A stretch of 62,152 bases of DNA, taken from positions 1 to 62,152 of the forward strand of contig CBFGJV010000014.1 of the NCBI GenBank assembly GCA_965649205.1, given 5' to 3'. Position 1 is the first letter of the stretch; each line of letters begins with the position of its first letter. Positions 39,315 to 48,774 of the stretch are shown piece after piece. Under the pieces are notes generated by a model. That model saw nothing but the letters and a program-made list of their open reading frames with translations. It searched no databases and had not been told where the DNA came from. The position numbers and the translations under genes were made by a program. Source of the DNA: a candidate division WOR-3 bacterium (lineage in GTDB: Bacteria > Hydrothermota > Tepidihabitantia > Tepidihabitantales > Tepidihabitantaceae).

Positions 39315-40220
39315 TTACTTGCGGCCGGGATGACGACGCTGACTTTCTGGTGGTGGCGGCCGCTTGCCGGCCATTACGCCTGGCTTAGTACCGGCGCGCG
39401 CCCATGGAAAGTCTCGCGGAGCAGTTTCTTCGGGTTCTGACACGGACTTGGCGGGGGAAGGTGAAGGTTCTGGTTTTTGTTGTTCCGCCTGGCTAGGCGA
39501 GACCCGAGAAGGTGGGGGCGGAGATTCAATCAAACTCGGTTCAGAGTGTATCTCTGGTGACGTGATATAAGCGGGCCTAGTGGTTGTTATCGTGGGCAGC
39601 AGGACTTTTGTGTTACCCAGAAGACAGGCGTTGAGCAGACAACAGCTGACTTGTATGTTCAAAGACTGCAAGTAGGCAGCGTCCGGGTCTGTCGAGTTAG
39701 GCAGGGTGGATACCAGGAATACAGGAAAGCGGCCCTGGTTCAGGTTGGCCGTCAGTTGCGAACGGAAGCGTTCCAACGACCAGTTCTCACCGACCTTCTG
39801 CGCCATGCGCACTTCCAGGGCAGCGCCTGTTTTTTCCCTGAACTCGCGGGCAAAACTATCATAAGGTCTGCGCCAGAGCATAGCGCCGGTCCATAGTAAA
39901 TCTGCCACTACACGGGAGCCAATCTGGGAGGAAAGGTTGGCGTTTGATGGAGATTCAGCTGAAGGAAGGGGTGTTTTCACTCCCACTAGGGCAATTTGTC
40001 CTGTTTCATCCAACGCGGCAAGGACGAAGTCGCTATCGCAGGGGAATGTTAATCGAAAAACCGGCCCTGTTACTTGCGGCGTGAGTATTTCAGGAAACTC
40101 CAGCAGCAGTTCGCGGGCGTCTACGTCAAACTGAGCAGGGGTTGGTTGTAACGGCTGCCAACCGGTGGGTTCGGTGTCAGGCTGTACCAGAAATCTGGCA
40201 GGGAGGGCAGTCTGGAGCAC
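39315..40220 (-). CDS. hypothetical protein, degenerate PD-(D/E)XK/NucS-like domain plus Pro-rich tail
   Basis: LLLEFPEIL, ALDETGQIALVGVK...LWRRPYDSF...FRSQLTANLNQGRFPVFLV; leaderless promoter TTGACA-17-TAACAT. Confidence 0.55.
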   Translation of the reverse strand: MLQTALPARFLVQPDTEPTGWQPLQPTPAQFDVDARELLLEFPEILTPQVTGPVFRLTFPCDSDFVLAALDETGQIALVGVKTPLPSAESPSNANLSSQIGSRVVADLLWTGAMLWRRPYDSFAREFREKTGAALEVRMAQKVGENWSLERFRSQLTANLNQGRFPVFLVSTLPNSTDPDAAYLQSLNIQVSCCLLNACLLGNTKVLLPTITTTRPAYITSPEIHSEPSLIESPPPPSRVSPSQAEQQKPEPSPSPAKSVSEPEETAPRDFPWARAGTKPGVMAGKRPPPPESQRRHPGRK

Positions 40221-40561
40221 AAATGATGTTAGCTTCCGTTCAAAGTTATGTCAATGTTAGACAGTTGCAGCTACGTGGCTGAAGAGCGGAACTGGCCGGA
40301 TTTCAAGGAGGGAGAATGGATGTATGCGGGTTTTGTGGCAGATCTTGCGGTGCAAAAGCTTAGAAGCAGAAAAATCGTAGGGAAGAATATTGGGAATAGA
40401 GTGACCAGCAGGGTCGCGGCCGACGCAGTTCCGAGGAACAGGGAACGAAACACACGGTTTTGAGTGCCTCTTCCGGTACATGTTGCACAATCAGCAGCGA
40501 CTTTTCTCGCGTTGCCAAGTGATAGAAAAGAAGGGGCGCAGGCGTGTGGTGGCTACAAGAT

Positions 40562-42586
40562 TTATGGTGCGGATACGGCAGAAACGGTCGTATTGCCGGC
40601 AGCGTCGGCAGCCCAGACAGACACAATGAAGGGGGCGGTAAGAGCTGGCAGGGTTATGCGAAAACTTTCGGTAGGAGAGTCAAAGATTCCGTCAGTGGGT
40701 AACAAGGTTTTCCATGATTCTGAATTAATACTGTAGCGGCAGGCGACCAAGGGTGAGGTTTCGTCCCGGACCGTAAAAGTTAAGCTGTTCTTACCTAGAT
40801 TTAGGTCAATGACGCGCGGGGGAGTGTTATCTATCAGGACAGGGCGAGAGACTGTTTCTGTGCGGATGGCTTCGCCTGCTGGCGCAGATGGGTGGTCCGA
40901 AACTATGAGTTTGAAGCGGCCCCAGCCATCGGGCAAAGTTCTGGTATCTAGTTCTTGACTTGACCCGGAAATGTTTGATATTAGTGTGCGCCAGCGAGTC
41001 GGAGGCAGGTCTGCGCCCAAGTATTGAAGTTCGCAGGAGAGCGAGTCAGAGTCTGGATCCTGCGCTTCCCAAGTGATGTTGCGAATCGGGCTGGATTTGC
41101 CTTGCCGCGCATCGTCCAGGGACACTCCGGAAACCTCCAACTTTTTCAGTATGGGTGGTCGATTGGGTATGCGGTAATGTATGTCTACTTGTTCCAGCCT
41201 GGGTGTGATACGAGGAAAGGTGCTGGTCAGTTGCGCTCTCCACTGGAGAAAGCGGCCGCGGGGAGAACGGATGTTGCCGTTGGCAGGCTGCCAGTTGCTC
41301 CAGGTGGAATCGGGTTGTGCGGAATTTCCCGAACGGGTCTCGAATGTCAGATTACTACCGTTAGGTACCTCACCCCGGAAGGCAAGTCTGCCAAACTGAG
41401 CCGGGCCGGCGCAGTCAAAAGGTTCGGCGGTTATGCTCCCGTTTGCGGCCAATTCCGGTTCTAGTGAGTATATCTTGGTGGTGCTTGTGCTGCCTATCCA
41501 TATGCGGTCAGTTCCTCGGGTTAGTTTTACCAGACGCAGGTCCTCTGCTTTTTGTAGGAGTTTGGCTCGGCCCAAGCTGTCCAGAAGGAATAGAAGTCCG
41601 TTGTTACCGGTGGAAACAAGCAGGGAAGGGAATCGCTCAGTGCCGCGCGGAGCAGAAGCAGGAGAATAAGTCAGTATATCAAAGATGGTGGACTCCGGAC
41701 TGTCCCATTGCCAGCGCACAATGCCGGCGGTATCACAGCACAGTACAGCCGGATTCTGGCCGGTGCGGTTTTCCCCCGGGTTGGTTGCGAGAAAAACGAG
41801 TGGCTGGGAAATACCGTTCTGGGGATTGTGCGCTACCAAGGCCCGGATTTCTTCTTGTGAGGCGTCGTAAAGCACAGAAACTGAAGAAATTGCCGAAGAG
41901 GTTGGCGAGAGGCTTAACCGATACACGACACCGTCAGGCGAGGTGCCGACCAGTAATTCCTTTCCTTCTACTAACCAAGCCAAGCAGGTAAGATGAGGCT
42001 GTATGGCACCAAACAGTTCCTGTATCTGGCCGGCAGGAGAAACTCGGTACAGTTTTCCCTGCTGGCCAGTGGCGCAGTACAATTCTCCTTTGGTGCCGGG
42101 TAGAAGGGCGAAAACGTATTCTGTACCCGTAGAACACATCTTGCGGGGTGCAGAAGATCCGCTTGCCAAGCGATAAATATCGCCTCCGGGAGAAGTGGCG
42201 AAGTAGATATTACCTTTCTTGTCAGCAGCAAGGCACAACACTTGCAGGGCTTCAGATTCAAAGACGGTACGTAATCCGTCCTTTTTGTTCCATACGTATA
42301 CGCGGCCGTCAGGGCCAGTGGCCGCATACAGCCGATGGTTGGTTGCCGCAACCAGTGACCAAAGCACGGCGTCTCTGAGAGAGAACAGCTCGCGGAGCCG
42401 GGGCGCAAGCGTAACATTGCCTTCTGGATCTATGGAGACGTTTTCCACCTCGTTTTTTGGTGAGGCAAATCCGTCAAAGCCGGAGGTGCTCCACACTCCT
42501 GCCCAAAGAGATAGACAACTGCCCAGCAAGGAAGACAGAAGATAGATACGCCGGAAATGAGGCAGTGTAGGCCCTATTTGTTTCAT
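40562..42586 (-). CDS. secreted beta-propeller repeat protein with C-terminal Ig/FN3-like domains
   Basis: Y.AT.P.G.VY repeats; TRSGNS..PDSTWSNW; W.A.D.D.D; DNTPP; DAAGN. Confidence 0.75.
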   Translation of the reverse strand: MKQIGPTLPHFRRIYLLSSLLGSCLSLWAGVWSTSGFDGFASPKNEVENVSIDPEGNVTLAPRLRELFSLRDAVLWSLVAATNHRLYAATGPDGRVYVWNKKDGLRTVFESEALQVLCLAADKKGNIYFATSPGGDIYRLASGSSAPRKMCSTGTEYVFALLPGTKGELYCATGQQGKLYRVSPAGQIQELFGAIQPHLTCLAWLVEGKELLVGTSPDGVVYRLSLSPTSSAISSVSVLYDASQEEIRALVAHNPQNGISQPLVFLATNPGENRTGQNPAVLCCDTAGIVRWQWDSPESTIFDILTYSPASAPRGTERFPSLLVSTGNNGLLFLLDSLGRAKLLQKAEDLRLVKLTRGTDRIWIGSTSTTKIYSLEPELAANGSITAEPFDCAGPAQFGRLAFRGEVPNGSNLTFETRSGNSAQPDSTWSNWQPANGNIRSPRGRFLQWRAQLTSTFPRITPRLEQVDIHYRIPNRPPILKKLEVSGVSLDDARQGKSSPIRNITWEAQDPDSDSLSCELQYLGADLPPTRWRTLISNISGSSQELDTRTLPDGWGRFKLIVSDHPSAPAGEAIRTETVSRPVLIDNTPPRVIDLNLGKNSLTFTVRDETSPLVACRYSINSESWKTLLPTDGIFDSPTESFRITLPALTAPFIVSVWAADAAGNTTVSAVSAP

Positions 42587-44337
42587 CTTCTCACCTCTAG
42601 AGTTAACTCACATAGTCCCAGAATCTGGTGGTCAAGAAGAAAGCTTTTTTCTAAGAGTTTGCTGCGGCCGGTTCTTACAACTGTTTCATCTGTGGAAGTG
42701 TTTTCGAGGAGCTGGCGCACGGTGGGAGGCGGAGCGGGCAGCTTGCTGTCCGCGATTGCCAAGCCGGGAGCAGTTGTGTAGGCGGCGATAAGCAGTTCAT
42801 TTTCCTGGCCGGTTGATTCCAGATACCGCCATAATGCAGACAAAGACTGCGGCTCTTGACTTGGCGAACTGTATCGTTCCCAGTAGTTAAGAGATTCTCG
42901 CGAGGCCACTACTAACGTCAGCGTTCCTGTCGGAGCGGAGGCAGGTATAGTAATAGTATATTCCTTAGTGTCATAACTACTTGATATATCTCGCCTTACG
43001 ACTGTAAGTTTTATTTCTTCTCCTGGGCGCACCACGGCCCGGCTGGGTCGACAAGATATTAGTTGCAGGCGGTTTTGGCCGCGTGTGAGTTTGAGTTTAA
43101 AGTCTATACGACTAACAGATACTTCCCGAAAGCGGTTACGGAATATCTGTGTCAATTCCTGGCTCGCACGGCGGTACAGTTCAGCAACTGGGCCGGCGCC
43201 GGCGAAACAGTGTCTAATAGTGAGGAAAGTGGTATCCTCAATGGTCAACTTCATTTCGGAAAAAAGCGTCATCTCTTCGTACAACCCTTCGGTTGAAAGG
43301 AGAATATCAGCTAAACCGATGGCCGTCAGCTCTCCAGCCAGAGCGGGGTGGCGTACTACCGTGTAGTTGTAGTTCTGGTTGATTGCTGGCGAGGTAATCT
43401 GCACGGAAACCGGTATCATGGCTGGCACTGGGCCGATGATGCCGCCGATAGCGGCCAGCCGGTCTTCAGTAATGGTTCCAATCGGACGGGAAGGGGAGAA
43501 TAATTTGAAGGATGAAACAAGAGAGGGCATAACAGCGTGGATCTTGCCCGCGATCATCGGCATTTCTACAGAGCCGGCCTGAAGCATGGGATGGCCAAAG
43601 GCGAGAATGCGATTTCCTTGTCTCCATGTCAGAGTGCCTATGCCAGACAGTCGTACATCTCCGTCTACTAGGGCGACGCCTACGGCAGCCCCAGGTACGA
43701 GTAGAGAGTCGGGGTTTTCCAGTTCTGCGTCAGGTGCGGTTCCTGCTGCGGCAACTGGTAGAAAACCTAGACTGGTTAACGTCGGTTTTACCAGTTCGCC
43801 TAATGCTGGAGTGTAGCCAGAAAGCGCTAAAGGCACAACTAGAGGCGTAATTCCGTCTGGACTAGGGGAGGAACGCAGTTCCAGACCGCTGCCGGTTTTG
43901 CCGGGTGGATTATTCCATATGTCCAGCATCATTTGCACAGGAGTGATGCCCGCTATGGGTTCCTTGGAGAAATTCCAGCCGTACGCGACTGCCCCGGCCA
44001 GCTTGCCTTCTAGGTAAACAGGGCTTCCAGACATACCTGCAATGATACCGGTCTGTTCCAACCCTTGTCCTGAGAGTCGGGCCAAGATTAAATCTCCAAT
44101 CGGAAACACTTTGGGCATGACATCGATTACTTCTACATCGAACTTTTCTATTTTGTATCCGGAAAATACTGAGAGACCATAGCCTTTCATTCCTGGCCTG
44201 ATACTGTCGGAAGGTATAATCGGCGTGGCTGCAATGAGGATACCGGTCAACAAGAACCAGAGGTGGCAGAGACAGTATCTTAGCCGGGACGAAGACGCGC
44301 GTTGGGGCGTTTGGTAAAGCTCCAGTGGAAAGTTCAT
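42583..44337 (-). CDS. SpoIVB peptidase S55 domain protein
   Basis: GMKGYGLSVF, GIIAGMSGSPVY..GKLAGAVAY, AFGHP. Start at ATG 44337 (ATGA overlap). Confidence 0.88.
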   Translation of the reverse strand: MNFPLELYQTPQRASSSRLRYCLCHLWFLLTGILIAATPIIPSDSIRPGMKGYGLSVFSGYKIEKFDVEVIDVMPKVFPIGDLILARLSGQGLEQTGIIAGMSGSPVYLEGKLAGAVAYGWNFSKEPIAGITPVQMMLDIWNNPPGKTGSGLELRSSPSPDGITPLVVPLALSGYTPALGELVKPTLTSLGFLPVAAAGTAPDAELENPDSLLVPGAAVGVALVDGDVRLSGIGTLTWRQGNRILAFGHPMLQAGSVEMPMIAGKIHAVMPSLVSSFKLFSPSRPIGTITEDRLAAIGGIIGPVPAMIPVSVQITSPAINQNYNYTVVRHPALAGELTAIGLADILLSTEGLYEEMTLFSEMKLTIEDTTFLTIRHCFAGAGPVAELYRRASQELTQIFRNRFREVSVSRIDFKLKLTRGQNRLQLISCRPSRAVVRPGEEIKLTVVRRDISSSYDTKEYTITIPASAPTGTLTLVVASRESLNYWERYSSPSQEPQSLSALWRYLESTGQENELLIAAYTTAPGLAIADSKLPAPPPTVRQLLENTSTDETVVRTGRSKLLEKSFLLDHQILGLCELTLEVRR

Positions 44338-44858
44338 TTCTCCGCCTGTTCTTCCCATTTGCGCCGCCATTCGTCGTAGCCGGGAAAGTCGCCACAATTT
44401 ATTGGCATCCAAAAGCATGCCTGATTTTCCCGGTCGGCCGTGTTTGTGTAGGAGGGGTGGGGTTCGGAGGGAAAGAACCAGGGTTCTTTTGTGTCGAAAA
44501 CTCCCCAAAGATAGGCTTTTCTTGTAACCTTGTCAGCTGCAGACGAGCATAGTTGGCGTAGAAGTCGCATCTTTTCGTCCAACAACTCGGCTGGAAAAAA
44601 GTTGCTAACTCCGGGTTTAAGCAGGCAGACGAAATAGAGAACGCTCTGAAAAGCAGGGTCTTTCGCCAAGGTGAGTATATGAGGATTTGTGGAGTCAGAA
44701 CGGCAGTACCAGCCGGGTTGAATAAGGAGATAGCGCCGGATGTGGAAATAAGCAACGTGAGCCAGGTCAGTAGAATTGAATACTCGCAGACCGGTCACGT
44801 CTTCTTTCAATTTCACCCACAGTTGGCCAGTGAGAAATCTGTGCAATTCGGGATACAT
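44334..44858 (-). CDS. hypothetical protein
   Basis: 174-aa ORF coupled to the S55 gene; leaderless promoter TTGCCT-17-TAGAAT 9 nt before the ATG. Confidence 0.7.
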   Translation of the reverse strand: MYPELHRFLTGQLWVKLKEDVTGLRVFNSTDLAHVAYFHIRRYLLIQPGWYCRSDSTNPHILTLAKDPAFQSVLYFVCLLKPGVSNFFPAELLDEKMRLLRQLCSSAADKVTRKAYLWGVFDTKEPWFFPSEPHPSYTNTADRENQACFWMPINCGDFPGYDEWRRKWEEQAEK

Positions 44859-44957
44859 AATCAAGCAATTCTAGGCTTTTCGGGCGGGATAGGCAAACCG
44901 CAACAGGATTTGCATCGTCCGGTCTCTGCAGTCTTAGGAAAAACTTTCAGCATACGT

Positions 44958-45617
44958 TCAACCATTTTCCCGATTCTGCCCGGCAAAGGCGGCGTCAACG
45001 GCTATTTTTACACCTAGGGCATCTTTCATGTTCAACAGAGTGACGCCCAGTCCCAAAAAGGGTTTGCGCCAGCGAACGCCGGCAATAGTGCTGAGAATCT
45101 CAACCTGCTTCACGTCCGGATGGCGCAGAAAGAATTCGTCTGTAAGTAAGTCGTACAGATTCTGCCAGCCAAGGGGAGTAAGGCGAGGCGTAGAACCAGT
45201 CAGCATGATGCCAAGGGCTTTGACCTCCAAAGAGACAGAGTCGCGATAGTAGTTTAGCAGCTCCATCTTGTTGAGTGGGTCGGAAATAAACCAGGCGCTT
45301 TTCTGTTTTTGGTCTAGGGCTAGGAATACCTCGCGGGAGCCGAATACTTGGTAGAAGTTTCGTCGTATGGGGGTCTTGTTTTCAAACGCATTCTCATAGA
45401 ACTTCTTAAGAAGTTGGGAATCGCAGATAATACGTGCAGCTGGCTTGTCTGCGTAGATGAACTTGTAGCCGTAGTGCTCCATTATGTTTAGAAGTGCGTC
45501 TGATTCATCGAAACGGGGCAGCCGGCGCAGCATGAGTCCGCACCCATAGCGGGGAGACAGCCGGGCCACAGATATTTCCATAGAACGTTCCAGGTCAAGT
45601 CGCAGTTTGCCAGCCAT
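44958..45617 (-). CDS. hypothetical protein
   Basis: ATG 4 nt after the upstream stop; 219 aa; no recognisable motif. Confidence 0.7.
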   Translation of the reverse strand: MAGKLRLDLERSMEISVARLSPRYGCGLMLRRLPRFDESDALLNIMEHYGYKFIYADKPAARIICDSQLLKKFYENAFENKTPIRRNFYQVFGSREVFLALDQKQKSAWFISDPLNKMELLNYYRDSVSLEVKALGIMLTGSTPRLTPLGWQNLYDLLTDEFFLRHPDVKQVEILSTIAGVRWRKPFLGLGVTLLNMKDALGVKIAVDAAFAGQNRENG

Positions 45618-45621
45618 TTCC

Positions 45622-46452
45622 CTAGCTTTTTTGATGTTTCGCCCCTGCCGCAAGACTGCGCAGGAAAAGCCTGTACTCTTCTGGGCTGTCAGCAAGATGA
45701 CGGGCGAAGTGTTCTGTGGTGTCGTGCGACAGCAGGTAGTCTATGTTACCGACTATCCAGCTGCCTTCCCTGGCCTTCTTGGCCAGGAGTTCGGGATTGA
45801 AGAAACGGCGGTAATGGTCAGTTTCAACAACGGGTCGCACCTTGCCTTCCGGGTCGCTGAACAACTCGGCAGCCACCACTACACCCGGCAGGTCCCGTAG
45901 ATGCAATAGAAGGCCGGGAGGAGATTCTGTGGTTGCGGGCAGGATTTCGCATGCCTGCACGCGTTCTGCGCGGAGTATTCTTTCCAAGTCGGGTTCCGGG
46001 CGAAAGCCCAGTTTGACCGCGAGCAGACCGATGCCGATATTGTGCAGTTCGCGACGTCTGGTGTCAACCTTCATGAGTTTGCGTATTGCGAACCAGCATT
46101 GCCGCGAGCGGGTGAGCAGACGACGGAAACTCAGTCTGAGCAGAAGCGTCGCTATTCCGCTGCGGCGGAAATCGGGTCGCACAAATATGTCGTAGAGGGT
46201 TTCCAGACCGCTCTTATGATTGCGGTCGAAATGACAATGTCCGCAGGCGGCGAGAATCGGGTCAGGCGAAACTTGCGAAGAAAAAGGAGTGAGAAAAAAG
46301 TCCGCACGGGTGGAGCTCACCTCCGCAGAGAGCTGGAGCTGCTTTCCGGCGAGCGGGCCGGTTTTTACGCTTATCAGGTTGTTTTTCGCTTCATATGCCG
46401 GGCCAAGAGTTAAGGGAGAGAAGTCGATTCTGGGCCGGGATAACTTCCACAT
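45622..46452 (-). CDS. GNAT-like acetyltransferase (paralog 2)
   Basis: Motif A DIFVRPDFRRSGIATLLL; LGF. Confidence 0.7.
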   Translation of the reverse strand: MWKLSRPRIDFSPLTLGPAYEAKNNLISVKTGPLAGKQLQLSAEVSSTRADFFLTPFSSQVSPDPILAACGHCHFDRNHKSGLETLYDIFVRPDFRRSGIATLLLRLSFRRLLTRSRQCWFAIRKLMKVDTRRRELHNIGIGLLAVKLGFRPEPDLERILRAERVQACEILPATTESPPGLLLHLRDLPGVVVAAELFSDPEGKVRPVVETDHYRRFFNPELLAKKAREGSWIVGNIDYLLSHDTTEHFARHLADSPEEYRLFLRSLAAGAKHQKS

Positions 46453-46458
46453 TGACAG

Positions 46459-47286
46459 CTATAACGGTCGCAGGCGACGTCTGAAGATCCGAGCCTCGTA
46501 TTCATCTGTGGCCAGATGGTTGGCAAACTGGTCCAGTCCACTCTTACCCAGTCGGTAGTTGCCGTTGCCGATAACTATCAATCCTCGGCGCACCCAGTCA
46601 TATATGACCGTCTCGTCCTTGGTCAGTTGCACATAGGTACGGAAGTCTTCCACCGGTTTTAGGGTATCGGTGTCCAGTATGAAGGCGATGAGCACAAGGG
46701 GGAAGGTTTTTATGACAATCTTGAAGCTGGGAGGGAAATCGCCTTTGGCCGGCAGTATCGACAGCCCCACTATGTTAGAAGGACGGAGGATTTTCTCCAG
46801 GTCAAACTCGGGCGTGAATCCCAACCGGTTGCCGATAACGCCGATGCCCACGTTTTGCAGCTCAATATTTTTATCCGAGGGTTTCATCAGCCGCATCATT
46901 CGTATCTTGAAAGCGGCTTTCTGTTGAATGGTGAGCAGTTCCCTGAAGCCAACGTAGGTCATGATGGAGGCTATACCTTTGCGACGATACCCTTCCATTA
47001 CCGCGATATCCCACAGGTCAACACCAAATCCGGGCGGGTTGCGGTCTATGTAAGTGCGGCCTACGCGTTTCCCGTCTATGGAGGCGAATACACTGGCTGT
47101 ACGTTCCCTTATATCCGTAATGATTTCCATCTGCTTTCCCTGCAGGGGACCATCCAGGATGCGTATATGCGTGTGGTCTAACCATTCAAATCTGGGGCCT
47201 ATGCGGCCGGGACGCCAAACGAAGGGCGGTTCTTTGCGGCCGAAGGCACGTCGGAAGAAGTCTGCAACTGAGTTCAGGAAAGCCAC
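46459..47286 (-). CDS. GNAT-like acetyltransferase (paralog 1)
   Basis: Motif A DIAVMEGYRRKGIASIM; aligns along its length with paralog 2. Confidence 0.7.
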   Translation of the reverse strand: MAFLNSVADFFRRAFGRKEPPFVWRPGRIGPRFEWLDHTHIRILDGPLQGKQMEIITDIRERTASVFASIDGKRVGRTYIDRNPPGFGVDLWDIAVMEGYRRKGIASIMTYVGFRELLTIQQKAAFKIRMMRLMKPSDKNIELQNVGIGVIGNRLGFTPEFDLEKILRPSNIVGLSILPAKGDFPPSFKIVIKTFPLVLIAFILDTDTLKPVEDFRTYVQLTKDETVIYDWVRRGLIVIGNGNYRLGKSGLDQFANHLATDEYEARIFRRRLRPL

Positions 47287-47362
47287 GTTTCGTCCATTCT
47301 AATGCCTATAGCCAATCAGAAACGGATTGAAGATAGAAGTTCGGCGACGCACAATGCAAAGC

Positions 47363-48697
47363 TTACCCTTCGTCCAGCATGGCTGTTGTTACCCTGCCGC
47401 GCAGGAAGCGACTGGATTTCAGCAGGCGACGGTGAAAAGCTATGGTGTTAGTCGGACCGGCAATTTCCGTCTCGGCCAGTGCCCGTTCCATGCGTTTGAT
47501 AGCTGTGGCCCGGTCCCATCCCCAAGTGATAATCTTGGCAACAAGAGGATCATAATAATGGGGAATACGATAACCAGGTTGCAGGTAGGTATCAACGCGC
47601 ACGCCCGGTCCCCCAGGTAAACGTAGATCAGTAACCAATCCCGGCGAGGGTTCAAAGTCAGCATCGGGGTCCTCCGCACAGATGCGGCATTCGATGGCGT
47701 GTCCCCGTGGTTGACTGACATCAGCAGGCAAGTCCAGTTTTTCGCCTGCAGCTATGAGCAACTGCTGACAGACTATGTCGACGCCCGTCACCATTTCGGT
47801 TACAGGATGTTCCACCTGCAGCCGGGCATTCATCTCCATAAAATAGCAATTACGTTCTTTGTCTACTACGAATTCCACCGTGCCGGCATTGCGGTAACCG
47901 GCTGCGTATGCCACGGCTACCGCCCAGTCACCCAGCTGGCGGCGCATAGTTTCGTCTACGAGAAGCGAAGGAGATTCCTCCAGTACTTTCTGGTGCCGAC
48001 GCTGGGCAGAACAGTCTCGTTCGCCCAGATGTCGTATCGTACCATGAGCGTCGGCCAGAATCTGTACTTCTATGTGGTGAGCATCGGAAATGTACTTCTC
48101 CACATATACCCGTGGATCACCAAAGGAGGCTTTAGCCTCTGCCTGGCACATACGAAAGCCCGTCTCCAGGTCTTTTTCGCTGCGGATGACGCGCATTCCC
48201 TTACCACCGCCACCCGAGGCAGCCTTGACCAATATGGGATAGCCGAGTTTTTTGGCAATATGGGCAGCGTCCTTTGCCTCCCGTACTTCGCCTTCCGAGC
48301 CAGGAACTATCGGTACACCGGCGCTGGCCGCAGTCCTTCGTGCCTCTATTTTGTCTCCAAGCAGACGCAAGGTTTGAGCAGATGGACCGATAAAGACCAG
48401 TTTGCAAGATTCCGTGGCTTCACAGAATTCCGGGCTTTCTGACAGGAAACCGTAGCCGGGATGGAGGGCGTCGCAACCCGCAATTTCCGCAGCCGAGAGA
48501 ATGCGGGAAACGTTCAGATAGCTGTCCGGGGCAGGGGGTGGGCCGATACATATTGCTTCGTCTGCCAGAAATACTGGCAGAGAAGTGCGGTCTGCTTCAG
48601 AGTACACAAGTACCGAATGAATGCCCATATCCCGACAGGCCCGGATGATGCGCAGGGCGATTTCACCCCGATTGGCGATCAATACCTTCTTAAACAT
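47363..48697 (-). CDS. accC: biotin carboxylase
   Basis: KVLIANRGEIA, HPGYGFLSE, GGGGKGMR, QRRHQK, EMNARLQVEHPVTE. Confidence 0.96.
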   Translation of the reverse strand: MFKKVLIANRGEIALRIIRACRDMGIHSVLVYSEADRTSLPVFLADEAICIGPPPAPDSYLNVSRILSAAEIAGCDALHPGYGFLSESPEFCEATESCKLVFIGPSAQTLRLLGDKIEARRTAASAGVPIVPGSEGEVREAKDAAHIAKKLGYPILVKAASGGGGKGMRVIRSEKDLETGFRMCQAEAKASFGDPRVYVEKYISDAHHIEVQILADAHGTIRHLGERDCSAQRRHQKVLEESPSLLVDETMRRQLGDWAVAVAYAAGYRNAGTVEFVVDKERNCYFMEMNARLQVEHPVTEMVTGVDIVCQQLLIAAGEKLDLPADVSQPRGHAIECRICAEDPDADFEPSPGLVTDLRLPGGPGVRVDTYLQPGYRIPHYYDPLVAKIITWGWDRATAIKRMERALAETEIAGPTNTIAFHRRLLKSSRFLRGRVTTAMLDEG

Positions 48698-48774
48698 AGA
48701 GGCAAACTGACTGGTGAGGGTGGGTTGCTACTTTGTACCGGCAAAAACGCAATCTTAGGGCAAGACCGGCTTGC

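Noticed and set aside
40255..40561. Third 12-bp tract, and a 15-aa Cys peptide MDVCGFCGRSCGAKA (40316-40363) after AAGGAGG
   Set aside because: Only a few in-phase GGGAA/AACA matches; the peptide has no promoter or modifying enzyme nearby; both are compatible with chance.
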